DNA of 64,000 bases from Octopus sinensis (GCF_006345805.1 NC_042998.1:31434001-31498000); one strand, 5' to 3'; shown: positions 25,272-38,665, numbered from the stretch's first letter. The notes: generated by a model not told the origin, from the sequence alone. Numbers and translations: made by a program.

Positions 25272-28200
25272 TACATATGAGCATTAATATAAAGCTAACT
25301 AGCTTTTACATTCCATTAAGTAGTTAGAGAAGAAACAATAACCAGGAACTTTGTAAACATTCTCGTAGTTACGAGATGATGTGAATGATGTTCAGTTTGC
25401 AATACGGTAAAAAAAATAATCCTTGTAATAAAATGGTAGCCAGTACAGGAAATCTAGACGGTTACAATTTCTGCGAAGAATGCTTTGGTAAGCACTTCTC
25501 TCCTGTGTTTATGGGTGAGGTGCAGTTGCATGATGAAATAGAACTGCTTGATTAGAAAAGTATGATAAAAGAAAGAGAGGCAGATGAATCCCAACGGTAG
25601 GAAACCTAACGGGGATTATATCATGCCAGACAGAACGAGGACCAAAGATTTTTAACTACCATTCACTCTGAAAGTAACAAAACTCTTCAGATTGCTGACC
25701 GATGCATGCTTTAGAAGAGGATAAGCACGAAAATATCGCTCAACGTTACCCGTAGTGGTGCTCACTGAAGCTGAAGAGAGACTTGAATAGAAAAAGAAGG
25801 GTTTATTTATCACTGTTTCCATTGCATTGTCTGAGATGCTAGGTCGAGAGTTGGGAGGGTTAGGGTTATTAAGGTTGATTTTTTCGAGATTTTCTCGAGA
25901 ATGGATTATATTGTAGCATGCTTTTTTAAACTTAAATATATCGGTGTTGAGAAGGTCAGGGAGAATTAGGAACAAACTTTAAAACGTAATATTTGAAAAC
26001 AGGACAACAGTATGGCCCCCAAACTAGCAAACTTAAGTTATTATTCATGGTGCAGCCAGAAAAAAGGTCAATATCATGACACTTTGTCAAAACCTGCATG
26101 ACTGTTAGGAGGAAGGAAGAAAGATATCCTGAGATAAAATATTTGTCCTGAATGCCTAAAACCGTATAGTCTTTGCTTAATTTGATTCGGTCTGAAAAGT
26201 TTTGCCGTTTAATTTTTGTGTAAATTAGTTGTAAAACGAGAGTTTAGAAACAGCTTTTCAGTACGAGTGCAAGTATAGAGTTCTAAAAAAAAGCAGGCTG
26301 CAAATATGGCTGGTTTAGCAATAAGATGATAGGAACCAGAAATTTTGGGCGCGGTGGGGAACTGAGTGCCCATCAGTCTGTGTTTTAATGATGCTATTCT
26401 TGCCAGTTTTGCTGTGAAGTTTAAACAACCCTAAGTTAACGGTGGTCAGTGTTGATTTCGTTCGAGTGTTGTTGACAGTATAGCTGTGAGTTCCGGACTT
26501 TGATTTGGTGATAACTATTAAGAGACCTGTCTAGAAGGACAGTTTCAGCCAGCTACTCAGTTATCTTGTATGAGTAAAAATCAGAACATTTTTTTACTAG
26601 ACTTTCATCATAGAACCGCCCGAATCTGAACCATTAGGTTTTTTTTTTGCAGTGCCAAAATATTCAGAAATCGCGATATTTTGCGGTAGTGATATGAGAG
26701 CTATTTGTTTTAATTAGAAAAAATTGAGACGATGCATTGGTTGCAGAGACGATGATGTTTGAGTAAGTCCTGAATTTAAAGTTGAGTAATAGTTCTAGCA
26801 TGATTGGAGTATTGGTGTATTGATTTTAAAAAATGTACCTTTTGGGTACTACGTAGTAGGGTGGAGCGAAATATGCAATTTCCGAAAGTGGTAACAAAGA
26901 AACAATATTCTTTTGCGAATTAGGATTAAAAGAAAGGTATATAAAGAACGGTTAAATATTTTTTCAAGCTCTGCAACGCAATTGGAAATTTTAGAAATCG
27001 CTATTTTTGGTCGAATTTTGAATTTCACGAATTATAAATCGTAAGGAATACATATTTCTACATAGCAGAATGCAAAACAGTAAATATTGTATTCTTAAGA
27101 GGTTGCATACCAAGTTTCAATACAATTGACTAATATCTTGATGTTCCTCGTTGACTATAAACAGAACGGGAGTGTGAACTGCTTTCCAATACCGCTGCAA
27201 CAGTCGTTGCGTGTGGACGTACGTCATGCGTGTGTGAAGTTTTCTGCTTTATATCATGACTTTAGGCCATTAACGATCGTGTTAAATTTAGTGTTGTTTA
27301 TATCTAGTAATGACTCATAAGCCAATAACGTGCCGTGATATTGAATGCCCAATACTTGGAACTCAAAGTGATCTTTGCGAGCGAGTTTTGCCAACTTACA
27401 AGGACTAAAATGTGTTTTATTTGAATGAGAAAAAGAAAAGAATGTAGTTAAGACAGATACTTCAATTAAACAAATTATCAAGATTATAGCAAAAACGATA
27501 ATTCTTCTTTGGTAAAAGGCATCCAACCCTTGTGTTATGATTGAGTCGGTTAAACCGAAAATCTTTTATCTAAAGTACCAAGCATTTCTAAAATCTGTGA
27601 AAAATAGTAAAAAATTTGCCATCGTTTCAAACAAAGTGTAATGCGTTGAAAGACAATGCAACAAAAGATTTATTTGACATTTCGTGTTGCATGTGCAACT
27701 CCTTTAAGAACGGGAATTATTTCCAATAAATTGGAAATGTTAATTATTTTTACCACCATAAAGTGTCAAGGATAAAAAAATTCGGTGTTACAAGAAATAT
27801 TAAGTTATATATAAAAATAGCATTTTGTGGCTGCATGTTGGAGGTGGGATATTTTGAATGTTGTAAAGGGACTTTGGCATGCATAATTATATACGTGCAC
27901 GTAACAGAAATCAGAAGCCCTAAATGGACAGCAATGTCGGCGGATTTATATGCATTTATGTTACTTTCATAGTTATCTTGTTCGAAACGTGTCCGATAGC
28001 AGGGTTTTGCATAGTTAACAGAGAGCCCTTCGCCAAGAAACAGAAGGTTCAACAGAAAGAAGTAAGCTTGCAGGAAGTTTTATTCTATGAATTTATCAAC
28101 AAGCTTCGTTACAGTAATCTTGGAATACATAATCTTGGAATACATAACTTGTTGATAAATACTTGTCAGTTGTTAATGGTGTTTACTCTTCCAGAGCCGA

Positions 28201-28494
28201 AAACAAAGCAAAAAACAAAGATATATACAAAATAACAGCAAAAGTGCAACGATAAATATGTTATCTGGAATACGGGAATATTTTACGCACTTTTAGTTTC
28301 TTAACTCACAGAATGGATCAAATAAGTTCAAAGCACATCTCTTTACGCTGTATTGAAAATAATACAGTCCATTTATGTACATTAGAGGATTAATACACGA
28401 TGGAGGCTGTATACATCAATTATGTATTATTGGCAAACGTTTCACTCCCTCATTTCTATATATGTGCACATGTGCGCGTACAAACACACACGCA

Positions 28495-28608
28495 TATACA
28501 TACATACATATATACATATATATACATACATATATACATACATATATATATATATATATATACATATGTATGTATGTATATATATGTATGTATATGTATA
28601 TATGTATA

Positions 28609-28654
<46 letters not shown>

Positions 28655-28751
28655 CACATATATATATATGTATATATATACGTATATATATATATGTATA
28701 TATATATGTATATATATATATGTATATATATACGTATATATATATATATTA

Positions 28752-28795
<44 letters not shown>

Positions 28796-28988
28796 CGTAT
28801 ATATATATATATATATGCATATATATATATATATATATGTATATTTATATGCATATATATATATTATATATGAAAAAACAAGTCAAAATAGAAAATGCTA
28901 AAATAATTTTATATATATATATATGTATGTATATATATGTGTGTGTGTTTGTATATGCATAAATATATATATATATACATAAGTGTAT

Positions 28989-29047
<59 letters not shown>

Positions 29048-29110
29048 AATACATATATATGAATAAATATATATGCACATATATTTATATGTATATATCT
29101 ACTATACATA
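28495..29110. repeat. Compound TA/CA microsatellite field
   Basis: Seen directly. Confidence 0.95.
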
Positions 29111-30350
29111 TATCTATCTCAATACACCAATCCACACATACACACACGTATTAAAAATGCTTTTTGTGTTCCCCAAGAAACATTTCATTAAAAGACACAC
29201 TCACGCATGCTAGGGAAATGAATCTTGAGAGACTCATTGCAAAAACTAAAACAAAAAAAAACAAAAATGCTACACAACAAAGAATTTCTTTGTTTGGAGA
29301 AATGGGGATTTTATGTACATAACATTATATGAATATTATATTATATGTTTGTGTATGTGTGTGTGTCCGTAAGTGTGTGCTGCTCACATAAAAATATATG
29401 TATACGGTGTGTGGGTGAGTAGATATTCACATAATCACGGGTGTGCTTGTATACGCGCAACTCAAATTTCATTTAGTATCACACATTCATATAAAACCCA
29501 AGTTTCCAATCATTTAGAGAAGACATTTTATGAGTCTCTCAAGGGTAATTTCAATAACGGATTTTAGACAAACTAAAAGAAAGCCCAATAAGAACTGTTT
29601 GAAAGTCATGGTTCATAAACTTAATAATCTACCTTCTATTAAAGAAACGATAAGAATGAGATGAGAAAACCTATAAAAAAATACAAAACAAACAATTGTT
29701 GGTTTGATAGATAAGGCTTCATATTTAATGCTAAAATCTAGAGGATTTTGATATATGCTTGGATCGGATTGCCCATGTCCAGTTCACCGCGGGACGAAGA
29801 CCTCAGCATGTTCTCTATACCTCTTCTGTCATACTGGTTCGACATGGCCAGGGAAGTCACAGCTGAGATTTTGCGATTCACAAAATCAATTCATGGGAAT
29901 TATTGAATCAGAATGACACCAATGACTTGAACGATTACAAAATAGCTGTTGACTATTCAACCGGTATTTGGCATTTGCAACATACTGGAAAATAAACAAG
30001 GAAACCCTACAAATCGGTGCCGCACCTGTTGAACGCAACTCAAAAAAATTCTTCTTTACGAAGTCTATCTGCACTGCGCTTCTTTAGTGACACGTAACAA
30101 GAAATGCCAACCGACGACATTCAGTGCAGTGACTTGACGCCTTCCGAAACAAAGCAAGCATAATAAAGGGTTATGACCCTTGTTTGGAATCACAAAGGGA
30201 ATCATCCTTTACTATTTCCTGAAAGAGCAGGCATGGCTATGTGGTAAGAAGCTCATTTTCGAACCATATGGTCTCTTGCACTATATCCTCAGGCTGAATA
30301 AAGCCTTGTGGGTGGATTTGGTAGACGGAAACTGAAAGAACCCGTCGTGC

Positions 30351-30432
<82 letters not shown>

Positions 30433-30774
30433 TGATGGATATATCGATGAGTAGGAGGTGAAAAAGCCTCGTTAGAGGGTTTGAAACCTTATCTTATTGC
30501 ATTATTTGTAGTGGTTTATAACCTCAATTGTGTGTTTTTTTAAAAAAAAACATGTTAAGTAAGAGGTTTTAGCGCCTCCTTCTTGTAAGAGGTTTGAAAC
30601 CACATGTTGATTTTTTTAAAAAGAAAATATGTTTTCGAGAAAAATCCAATCGGCGGGTGTCGGGTTTTGTCTCTCTTTATTCATTTTATTTTCATTTTCA
30701 TTCATTAATGTGTTTGTCCAACCCGCAAAGCTACCCAATCTATGTACTGTCTTCATGAAAAATTTAATGAAATA

Positions 30775-31155
30775 AAGTAGCTTGCTTCCCAACGACATTG
30801 TTCTGGGTTCAGTCCCACTACGTGGCACCTTGGACAAATGTCTTTTTCTATAGCCTCGGGCCAACCAAAGCCTTGTGACGGGATTGGTATACGGAAACTG
30901 AAAGAAAACCGTCGTATATATGTATATCTATATATATGTATATGTATGTGTATGTATATATTTGTCCTCCCACCATCGCTTGACAACCGATGCTGGTGTG
31001 TTTACATCTCCGTAACTTAGCGGTTTCGGCAAAAGAGACCGATAGAGTAAGTACAAGGCTTACAAAGAAGAAGTCCTGGGATCGATTTGCTCGACTAAAG
31101 GCGGCGCTCCATGGCCGCAGTCAAATGACTGAAACAAATAAAAGAATAAAAGAAT
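30775..31155 (+). mobile_element. SINE family B, 5'-truncated
   Basis: GGTTCAGTCCCAC B box, CTTGGACAAATG CORE-like block, CAGTCAAATGACTGAAAC tail. Confidence 0.88.
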
Positions 31156-31210
31156 ATATATATGTAAGGATATATACACATATATATATAAGGATATATA
31201 TATATATATA

Positions 31211-31627
31211 GGCGCAGGAGTAGCTGTGTGGTAAGTAGCTTGCTAACCAACCAAATGGTTCCGGGTTCAGTCCCACTGCGTGGCATCTTGGGCAAGTGTC
31301 TTCTGCTATAGCCCCGGGCCGACCAATGCCTTGTGAGTGGATTTGGTAGACGGAAACTGAAAGAAGCCTGTCGTATATATGTATATATACATATGTGCGT
31401 GTATTTGTGTGCCTGTGTTTGTCCCCCTAGCATTGCTTGACAACCGATGCTGGTGTGTTTACGTCCCCGTCACTTAGCGGTTCGGCAAAAGAGACCGATA
31501 GAATAAGTACTGGGCTTACAAAGAATAAGTCCCGGGGTCGATTTACTCGACTAAAGGCGGTGCTCCAGCATGGCCGCAGTCAAATGACTGAAACAAGTAA
31601 AAGAGTAAAGAGAAAAAGAGTAAAAGA

Positions 31628-31628
<1 letters not shown>
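31211..31628 (+). mobile_element. SINE family B, full length
   Basis: tRNA-like head GGCGCAGGAGTAGCTGTGTGGTAAG..GGTTCAGTCCC, CORE-like CTTGGGCAAGTG, LINE-like tail, GTAAAAGA repeats. Confidence 0.92.
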
Positions 31629-31685
<57 letters not shown>

Positions 31686-31829
31686 GCACACACACACACA
31701 CACACACCACACACACACACACACATATATATAATTAATAATATCAGGGTAATAAAGATTTTAGAAATGTTTACTACCAGTGGCATGGCGTAGAGAAAAA
31801 TTAGTCAATAGACTTTATATTATTCATAT

Positions 31830-31999
31830 AAAATACAGTGTACATTAAAACACATTACGTTAGATGGTAAATGTTTTTATTTTTCATTACCTTCGATAAT
31901 TTATCCCTAATTTGTGGTTTGGACTTTAGCTGTTCTTTCTAGCTTAAAGGATTCCTATGACGGAAGTCCCTTAATGTATTTTAATGTACACTGTATTTT
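31830..31999. mobile_element. MITE-like element, 170 bp, 28-bp TIRs
   Basis: AAAATACAGTGTACATTAAAACACATTA (31830-31857) matches the reverse complement of 31972-31999 at 27 of 28. Confidence 0.75.
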
Positions 32000-32175
32000 T
32001 TTTATATATATATATATATATTTATATAAATATATATACGCATACATACATACATGCATACATACATACATATATATATATAATATATATAATATAATAT
32101 AATATGATATATATATATATTGTTACAGACAGTGTTGAAAAGTGCTCAAGTATTGAACTTGAGACGTTAGGTATA

Positions 32176-32410
32176 TATAATGTTCTAATTAAAGTTGAGA
32201 AATTACGTTCGACAGTTCAAAAACATGACAGTAGAAGCCGAGCCAAAATACGTATTATAATATATTAAAGCATCTCTCATTAAAAAGTTGATTACCGAAA
32301 AATTACTAAAAATCTCAAAATTACAGAAGCACCAAAAATATGAAAAATATTGTAATGTGTTTGAATTGTCGAACCTATGTGATTTCTCACCTTTAATTAA
32401 AAAAATTATA
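32176..32410. mobile_element. MITE-like element with about 50-bp imperfect TIRs
   Basis: AATTAAAGTTGAGAAAT..GTTCGACAGTTCAAAAACAT versus ATGTGTTTGAATTGTCGAAC..ATTTCTCACCTTTAATT; TA flanks. Confidence 0.65.
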
Positions 32411-32420
32411 TATATATATA

Positions 32421-32946
32421 TGAGAGTGAATCAAAAAGTAATGCCATTTTGTTTAGGGCAAGTATAACTACCAACACAGGAACATGTATTATACGTCAAA
32501 ATGAGGCTGGTCCTCCGTGAACCACATCCCTACTTCTCAATATAGCCACTGTTTCTCTCAATAGCAATGTTCCGCCTTCGAATGAGAGAGCATGTATCCT
32601 TTCACCGTAAAATTCTGCCGACTGTTTTTTGAGCCACTTCTTCACTACAGTTTTCACTTCCACATCACTGGAATTATGTTTGCCTCTCAAACCCTCTTTC
32701 GTGACGCTAAATCTGATAAGAGTGGAGGTAGTGAAGAAGTGGCTCAAAGAACAGTCAGCAGAATTTTACGGCGAAGGGATACATGCTCTCATTGGAAGGT
32801 GGAACATTGTTTTTGAGAGAAACAGTGACTATGTTGAGAAGTAGGGATGTAATCCACGAGGACCAGCTTCATTTTGATGTATGATACATGTTCTTGTGTT
32901 GGTAATTATACCTGTCCTAAACAAAATGGCATTAATTTTTCACTCA

Positions 32947-32951
<5 letters not shown>
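32421..32951. mobile_element. Foldback derivative of a mariner: two inverted 3' ends
   Basis: Arms about 32421-32648 and 32727-32951 are reverse complements; both encode the transposase C-terminus (VKKWLKEQSAEFYGEGIHALIGRW..DYVEK*). Confidence 0.88.
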
Positions 32952-33007
<56 letters not shown>

Positions 33008-33390
33008 TCTTTTACACTTTTGTTTCAGTCATTTGACTGCGGCCACGCTGGAGCACTGCCTTTAGTCGACAAATCGACCCCGGAACTTATTTTTTGTAAG
33101 CCTAGTATTTATTCTATCGGTTCCTTTGCCGAACCGCTAGATTGCGAGGACGTAAACACACGGGCATCGATTGTCAAGCGATGGTGGGGGGACAAACACA
33201 GCAACACAAACATGCGCGCGCGCACACACACATATATATATACGACGGGCTTCTTTCAGTTTCCGTCTACCAAATTCACTCACAAGCCTTTGGCCGGCCC
33301 GCGATAGAAGTAGAAGACACTTACCCAAGGTGCCACGCAGTGGGACTGAACCCAGAACCATGTAGTTGGTAAGCAAGCTACTTACCACAG
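33008..33390 (-). mobile_element. SINE family B
   Basis: Reverse complement of the family consensus. Confidence 0.88.
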
Positions 33391-35097
33391 ATTGGAAAAT
33401 GCACAGAGAATATATGAGACGTAATTAGAATTTATTCATATTTTAAGATATAGGAAAACGCTTTACTGTTTTCACATAAAATTTTAATACATGGACGTTG
33501 ACCACTCAATTTGTACGTTAGCGGATTGCGTCCTGGGTCACATTCCAAGTTGAAAAGCAAACCATTTTTATAACAACGGTCAGAATAGATTTAAGTCGCG
33601 ACATATGTCTATATACAAAAGCAGTTTTGAAAATCTAGTGTGAAAATATAATGTGAAACCGGTAAAGTGTATTCCTGTATATTCAGTTATAATTAAGTTC
33701 TAATTTATTTTGATATGTTCTCTGTGAATTTTCAACTTCATTTCCTCTATTCCTCTACTTGCTTGCATTGGTAATAATTTCTCTTTCTCTCTCTTTTTCT
33801 TCCTCTGTCTATTTGTATACACACACGGACACACACATATATATATATATATATAGATATGCATATATACACACATATCTATAACATATTATATATACAT
33901 ATATACATACATATATATATATATACACACACATACACATATATATTATATAATGTATGTGTGTGTGTATCTACATATCTAACTAGATATCTTCTTGTAT
34001 TGATATAGATTTACTGATATATGTGTTTTTGTGTGTGCATGTGTATGTAACTGTATGTGTTTGTACATAACTGCGCAAACACACACACATACACACACAT
34101 ATTTACATATACACAGGTATTCATAATAATTCTCGTACACAACATACACTCATATATACACGTTGTCTCACGCATATATGCATTTGTATATGTATAAAAA
34201 TACATACGTATATATATATATATATGTTTGTGTATATGTGTATTCATTCACTCGCCCAGACGTAGACAAGGCCTTAGTGAAAGTGATAAATATTTCGTCG
34301 CTATAATGATAACAATATCTCGCAGTATTAACTTTCTATTAAAACTTTAAGAAAGAAGACGAATGAAGGTATATTAGTGAGTATTATATATAGAAACTTA
34401 TATAAATATTACTACATTCTTGACACAAGGAAATGAAGTGACTGACAGCTACATTGAAGGAAATAAGCATATCCATGTGCATTCAATGTTTGGTGAATAT
34501 ATACATACATTGTGACGTGACCGTGTTTGTGTGTGTGTATACATGCATTATACATGTGTGTGTGTCTGTTTATGTATAGAGGGGTTGAATAAAATAAAAT
34601 AGTGGAAACACCAATTGTTATTAAAATGTTTTTTGTATTAGTAATATGACAAATTCAGAAGCGTTATAGTCCGTATACATGCGTCTATGTGTTTGTGTGT
34701 TTTAAATTTCATGATATAATCCCATGTCTTTCTATATTTTATAGGCGCGACGAAGTTGGAGTGAGGAAGTCTGGAACTTCTTTCGCTGAAAATCTGCTGA
34801 AGTGTTTAAATATTTTGAAATGTACAATCTCTAAAATGATGTTGGTATTCCAAAACCAGAGTATAACCAGCTCCGACGCGTATAATTCAGAGTGGAAGAC
34901 AAAGCTCACAGAGTGGGAGCGCTGTGAGCTTTGCTTTCGATTTAGTTTCGAAAACTATCGAATGAGGGCTGCAAAAGGGAAAAGCAAAGCTAAGCCGCCA
35001 CAAATGGTTGAAACAAGTAAAAGAATAGAAGAAAATACGAAGGTGGCGATTGAAATTGTTGGAAAGAATAAGTTAGTAGATATAAATAAAATATATT

Positions 35098-35310
35098 CTT
35101 TTCGAGTCTAGGCACAAAATATTTGGGCGGGGGGAGGGAGTCAGTCGATTAGATCGACCCCAGTACGAAGCTGGTACTTAATTTATCGACGCCGAAATGA
35201 TGAAAGGCAAAGTTAACCTCGGTGGAATTTGAATTCAGAACCTAAAGGCTGACGAAATACAGCTAAGCATTTCGCCCGGCGCGCTAACGATTCTGCCAGC
35301 TCGCCACCTT
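35098..35310 (-). mobile_element. SINE family A
   Basis: CTGCCAGCTCGCCACCTT head and B-box core. Confidence 0.85.
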
Positions 35311-35332
35311 ATAAATAAAAGATATTAAAGAA

Positions 35333-35498
35333 AGGTGTGGCTGAGTAGTAAGAAGTTTCCTTCTCAACCATACCGTTCCAGGTTCAGTCCCTCTGAGTGG
35401 CACCTTGGGTAATTTTTTTGTTGTTGCTATAGCCTCGGATTTTTTGAGTGGATGTGGTAGACGGAAACTGAAAGGAACCCGTCGCACACACACACACT

Positions 35499-35530
<32 letters not shown>

Positions 35531-35848
35531 CACACACACACACCACACACACACACATACTCTCTCTCTCTCTCTCTCATACACACACATACTCTCTCTC
35601 AGACACATACACACACACGTGTGTGTGTGTGTGTTGTTGTGTCTGTCTTTGTCTCACTGCTGCATGATAACCGGTGTTGGTATGTTTACGTCCCCGTAAC
35701 TTAGCGGATCGGCAAAAGAACTGATAGAATAAGTGTGGCAGGATTAAAAAAATGAGCATAGCGATCGATTCGTTCGACGGAAATTCTTCCAGGCGCTGCT
35801 CCAGCATGGCCAGAGTATAATGACTGAAACAAGTAAAATAAGATAAAA
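35333..35848 (+). mobile_element. SINE family B, diverged, expanded internal CA/CT repeat
   Basis: GGTTCAGTCCC B box, GTAGACGGAAACTGAAAG, CCAGCATGGCC tail. Confidence 0.8.
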
Positions 35849-35868
35849 ACACTAAAGAAATTAATAGC

Positions 35869-35918
<50 letters not shown>

Positions 35919-36079
35919 CAATCAGAGGAGTAGATGGTGCGGAGGGGGAAACATAAAAAGTAAAAACTCCAGGAGAGAAACCATAGGTCCTCATGTCCAA
36001 TGATACTTCATATACGTGAACAAGATGATGCCAATTTTGTTTGTTTTTGCTGTGAGCATCATTTAGTTTAATTACTGTT

Positions 36080-36455
36080 TTACTTTTTTACTTTTTTTAT
36101 TTGTTTCAGTCATTTGACTGCGGCCATGCTGGAGCACCGCCTTTGGTCGAGCAAATCGACCCCAGGAATTATCCTTTGTAAGCCTAGTACTTATTCTCTC
36201 GGTCTCTTTTGCCGAACCGCTAAGTTACGGGGACGTAAACACACCAGCATCGGTTGTCAAGCGATGGTGGCGGGACAAACACACACACGCACGCACACAC
36301 ATATAAATATACATATACATATATACAACGGGCTTCATTCAGTTTCCGTCTACCAAATCCACTCACAAGGCTTTGGTCGGCCCGAGGCTATAGAAGAAGA
36401 CACTTGCCCAAGGTGCGACGCAATGAGACCGAACCCGGAACCATGTGGTTGGTAA
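36080..36455 (-). mobile_element. SINE family B
   Basis: Reverse complement of the family consensus. Confidence 0.88.
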
Positions 36456-37120
36456 ACTCGAAAATCACCGGAAGATGTTTGTCTAGACATGCTGAAGGCA
36501 TATATGGGTACGTGCCTCTACATACCATCACGTGTGTGTATGCATACGGAGTTTCCATTGCATCCAGATGATCATCATGCATGCGTACATACATTTTGTC
36601 ATATGTCACTTATTGAACTTTGCACACATTTATTCTTGAACGCACGCTCTCTTAAAGTCGGTTTGACACGAACAAGAAGAATAACACGAATTATACACAC
36701 ACACACACACAAAGCCATAACTCAAAGAAACATGTTTCATATAAAAAGCGCGTGAGCATTATGTATGCCAAAAAATTTTTAGTTCAATTATTGATGGATT
36801 TTTTTTTTTTTGTAAATGAATCCCTGTTCAGATCTTCCACCTTTTCGATGAGAACTCTGCCTTATGTACATTGAGATTATATTAATACCACCCATGCTCT
36901 TACTAATCTTTTTATGCTGAGATTCAAACATCAGCCATGCTTTGTTACAAATACAGAACTCTCTCTCTCTCTCGCTCTCTCTTTCGTTCTGTTTATACAC
37001 ACACACACACACACGCACACGCCCGCATGTACGCACGTACGTATGCTCACATTTATGGATGTATATGTGTCCGTGTGTGTCTTTGGGTTAAGCTGACAAG
37101 ACTTCATTCTAATATTATGC

Positions 37121-37536
37121 TCTTTACTCTCTTTTACTCTTTTACTTGTTTCAGTCATTTTGACTGCGGCCATGCTGGAGCACCGCCTTTAGTCGAGCAA
37201 ATCGACCCGGGACTTATTCTTTGTAAGCCCAGTACTTATTCTATCGGTCTCTTTTGCCGAACCGCTGGGTGTGACGGGGACGTAAACACACCAGCATCGG
37301 TTGTCAAGCAATGCTAGGGGGACAAACACAGACACACAAACACATACACACACACATATATATATACATTTTACGACAGGCTTCTTTTAGTTTCCGTCTA
37401 CCAAATCCACTCACAAGGCATTGGTCGGCCCGAGGCTATAGCAGAAGACACTTGCCCAAGATGCCACGCAGTGGGACTGAACCTGGAACCATGTGGTTGA
37501 TTAGCAAGCTACTTACCACACAGCCACTCCTGCGCC
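37121..37536 (-). mobile_element. SINE family B, full length
   Basis: Ends CACAGCCACTCCTGCGCC; tail (TTTTACTC)n. Confidence 0.92.
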
Positions 37537-37604
37537 TATACGTCTTTATACGTCTTTTTTTCCTTTTTTTTTTATCAAGGTGATAAGATTACTTTCAAAA
37601 CAGG

Positions 37605-37822
37605 AAGGCAGTAAGCTGCTGGCAGAATCGCTAACAAGCCGAGCAAAATGCTTAGCGGCACTTCATCCATCTTACGATCTCAGTTCAAATTCCTCCGAGG
37701 CCGATTTTGTCTTTCATCCTTCCAGGATCAATAAAATAAGCACCTGTCGAACACTGCGGTTAATGTAATCGAGTTAACCACCCCCTTGAAATTGGTTACC
37801 TTGTGCTAAAATATAAAGGCAA
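37605..37822 (+). mobile_element. SINE family A, diverged
   Basis: TGGCAGAATCGCTAAC..CAGTTCAAATTCC..CTTTCATCC. Confidence 0.75.
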
Positions 37823-38159
37823 TATACTTTCTATCACATTTTTGTTCATATTTACGTATGACCTCCTAACAGTTTCTTAAACTGTAAAAAATTCCTAAAT
37901 TCACCAGCAAGATTTCTAAATCTGGATGAAGTGAATTTGGCGAATGCTGCTTTCTTTTTAGAATGGCTGGAGCTAATATGGTTGGTGTACATGTTACCTG
38001 AGGAATTTGTGTATATTACTTTTACAGCATTAGTAAAGTGTTTCTTTGGTTGTAATTAGAGTAAGTTTTATCTATGTGTTGTACTATAAATATTGCTCAA
38101 TATTTAATCGTCTAATTTACTCGGGGAATTCGGTGTAGTGTTTGTGATGTTTACAATTC

Positions 38160-38420
38160 CCAGTAACGGGTTGTGTCCTTGAGCACGACACTTTACTTCA
38201 CGTTGCTTCAGTCCACTCAGGTGGCAAAAATGAGTAGTACCTGTATTTCAAAGGTCCAGCCTTGTTTCATTCTGTGTCACGCTGAATCTCCCCGAGAACT
38301 ACGTCAAGGGTACACGTGTCTGTGGAGTGCTCGGCCACTTGCACGTTAATTTCACGAGCAAGTTGTTCTGCTGATGGTATCAGGTGGGACCCTCGTCATC
38401 GTAACCGACGGAGTGCTCCT
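38160..38420 (+). mobile_element. SINE family C relative (CORE-like body plus C-type tail), headless
   Basis: GTTGTGTCCTTGAGCACGACACTTTAC..CACTTGCACGTTAATTTCACGAGC..GTAACCGACGGAGTGC. Confidence 0.8.
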
Positions 38421-38665
38421 GTGTTTTTACTGATTTTTTTTGTGCTGTGTAATTATGGAGAGAGTGCTATTATACTGAAATATAATTCTACTCAGTACAA
38501 AAGAAGTGGTCTTTTGGTATCCGTAAGGCAAATTATATGAGAAAAGATATGCCGTAGCATTTATTTTAAATCCCGTGTTTTCGGCGTGTCGCGAAACTTC
38601 AATAGGAAGCAAAGTAGCGCCAAGCATAAACATACCTTGTGGACCAGATATATGAATGATATACC

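Noticed and set aside
25652-25975. 107-aa ORF with SVSTTTGNVERYF, faintly like a hAT dimerisation motif
   Set aside because: One short weak match with no other hAT motifs or TIRs.
33620-33670. TTGAAAA...GAAACCGGTA resembling the U3-A8 hammerhead
   Set aside because: Stem II cannot form and stem I has a mismatch; at most a decayed relic.
34689-35111. 140-aa ORF after an acceptor-like TTTTATAG, considered as a host exon
   Set aside because: No recognisable domain, no convincing donor, and the 3' part runs into SINE-derived sequence.
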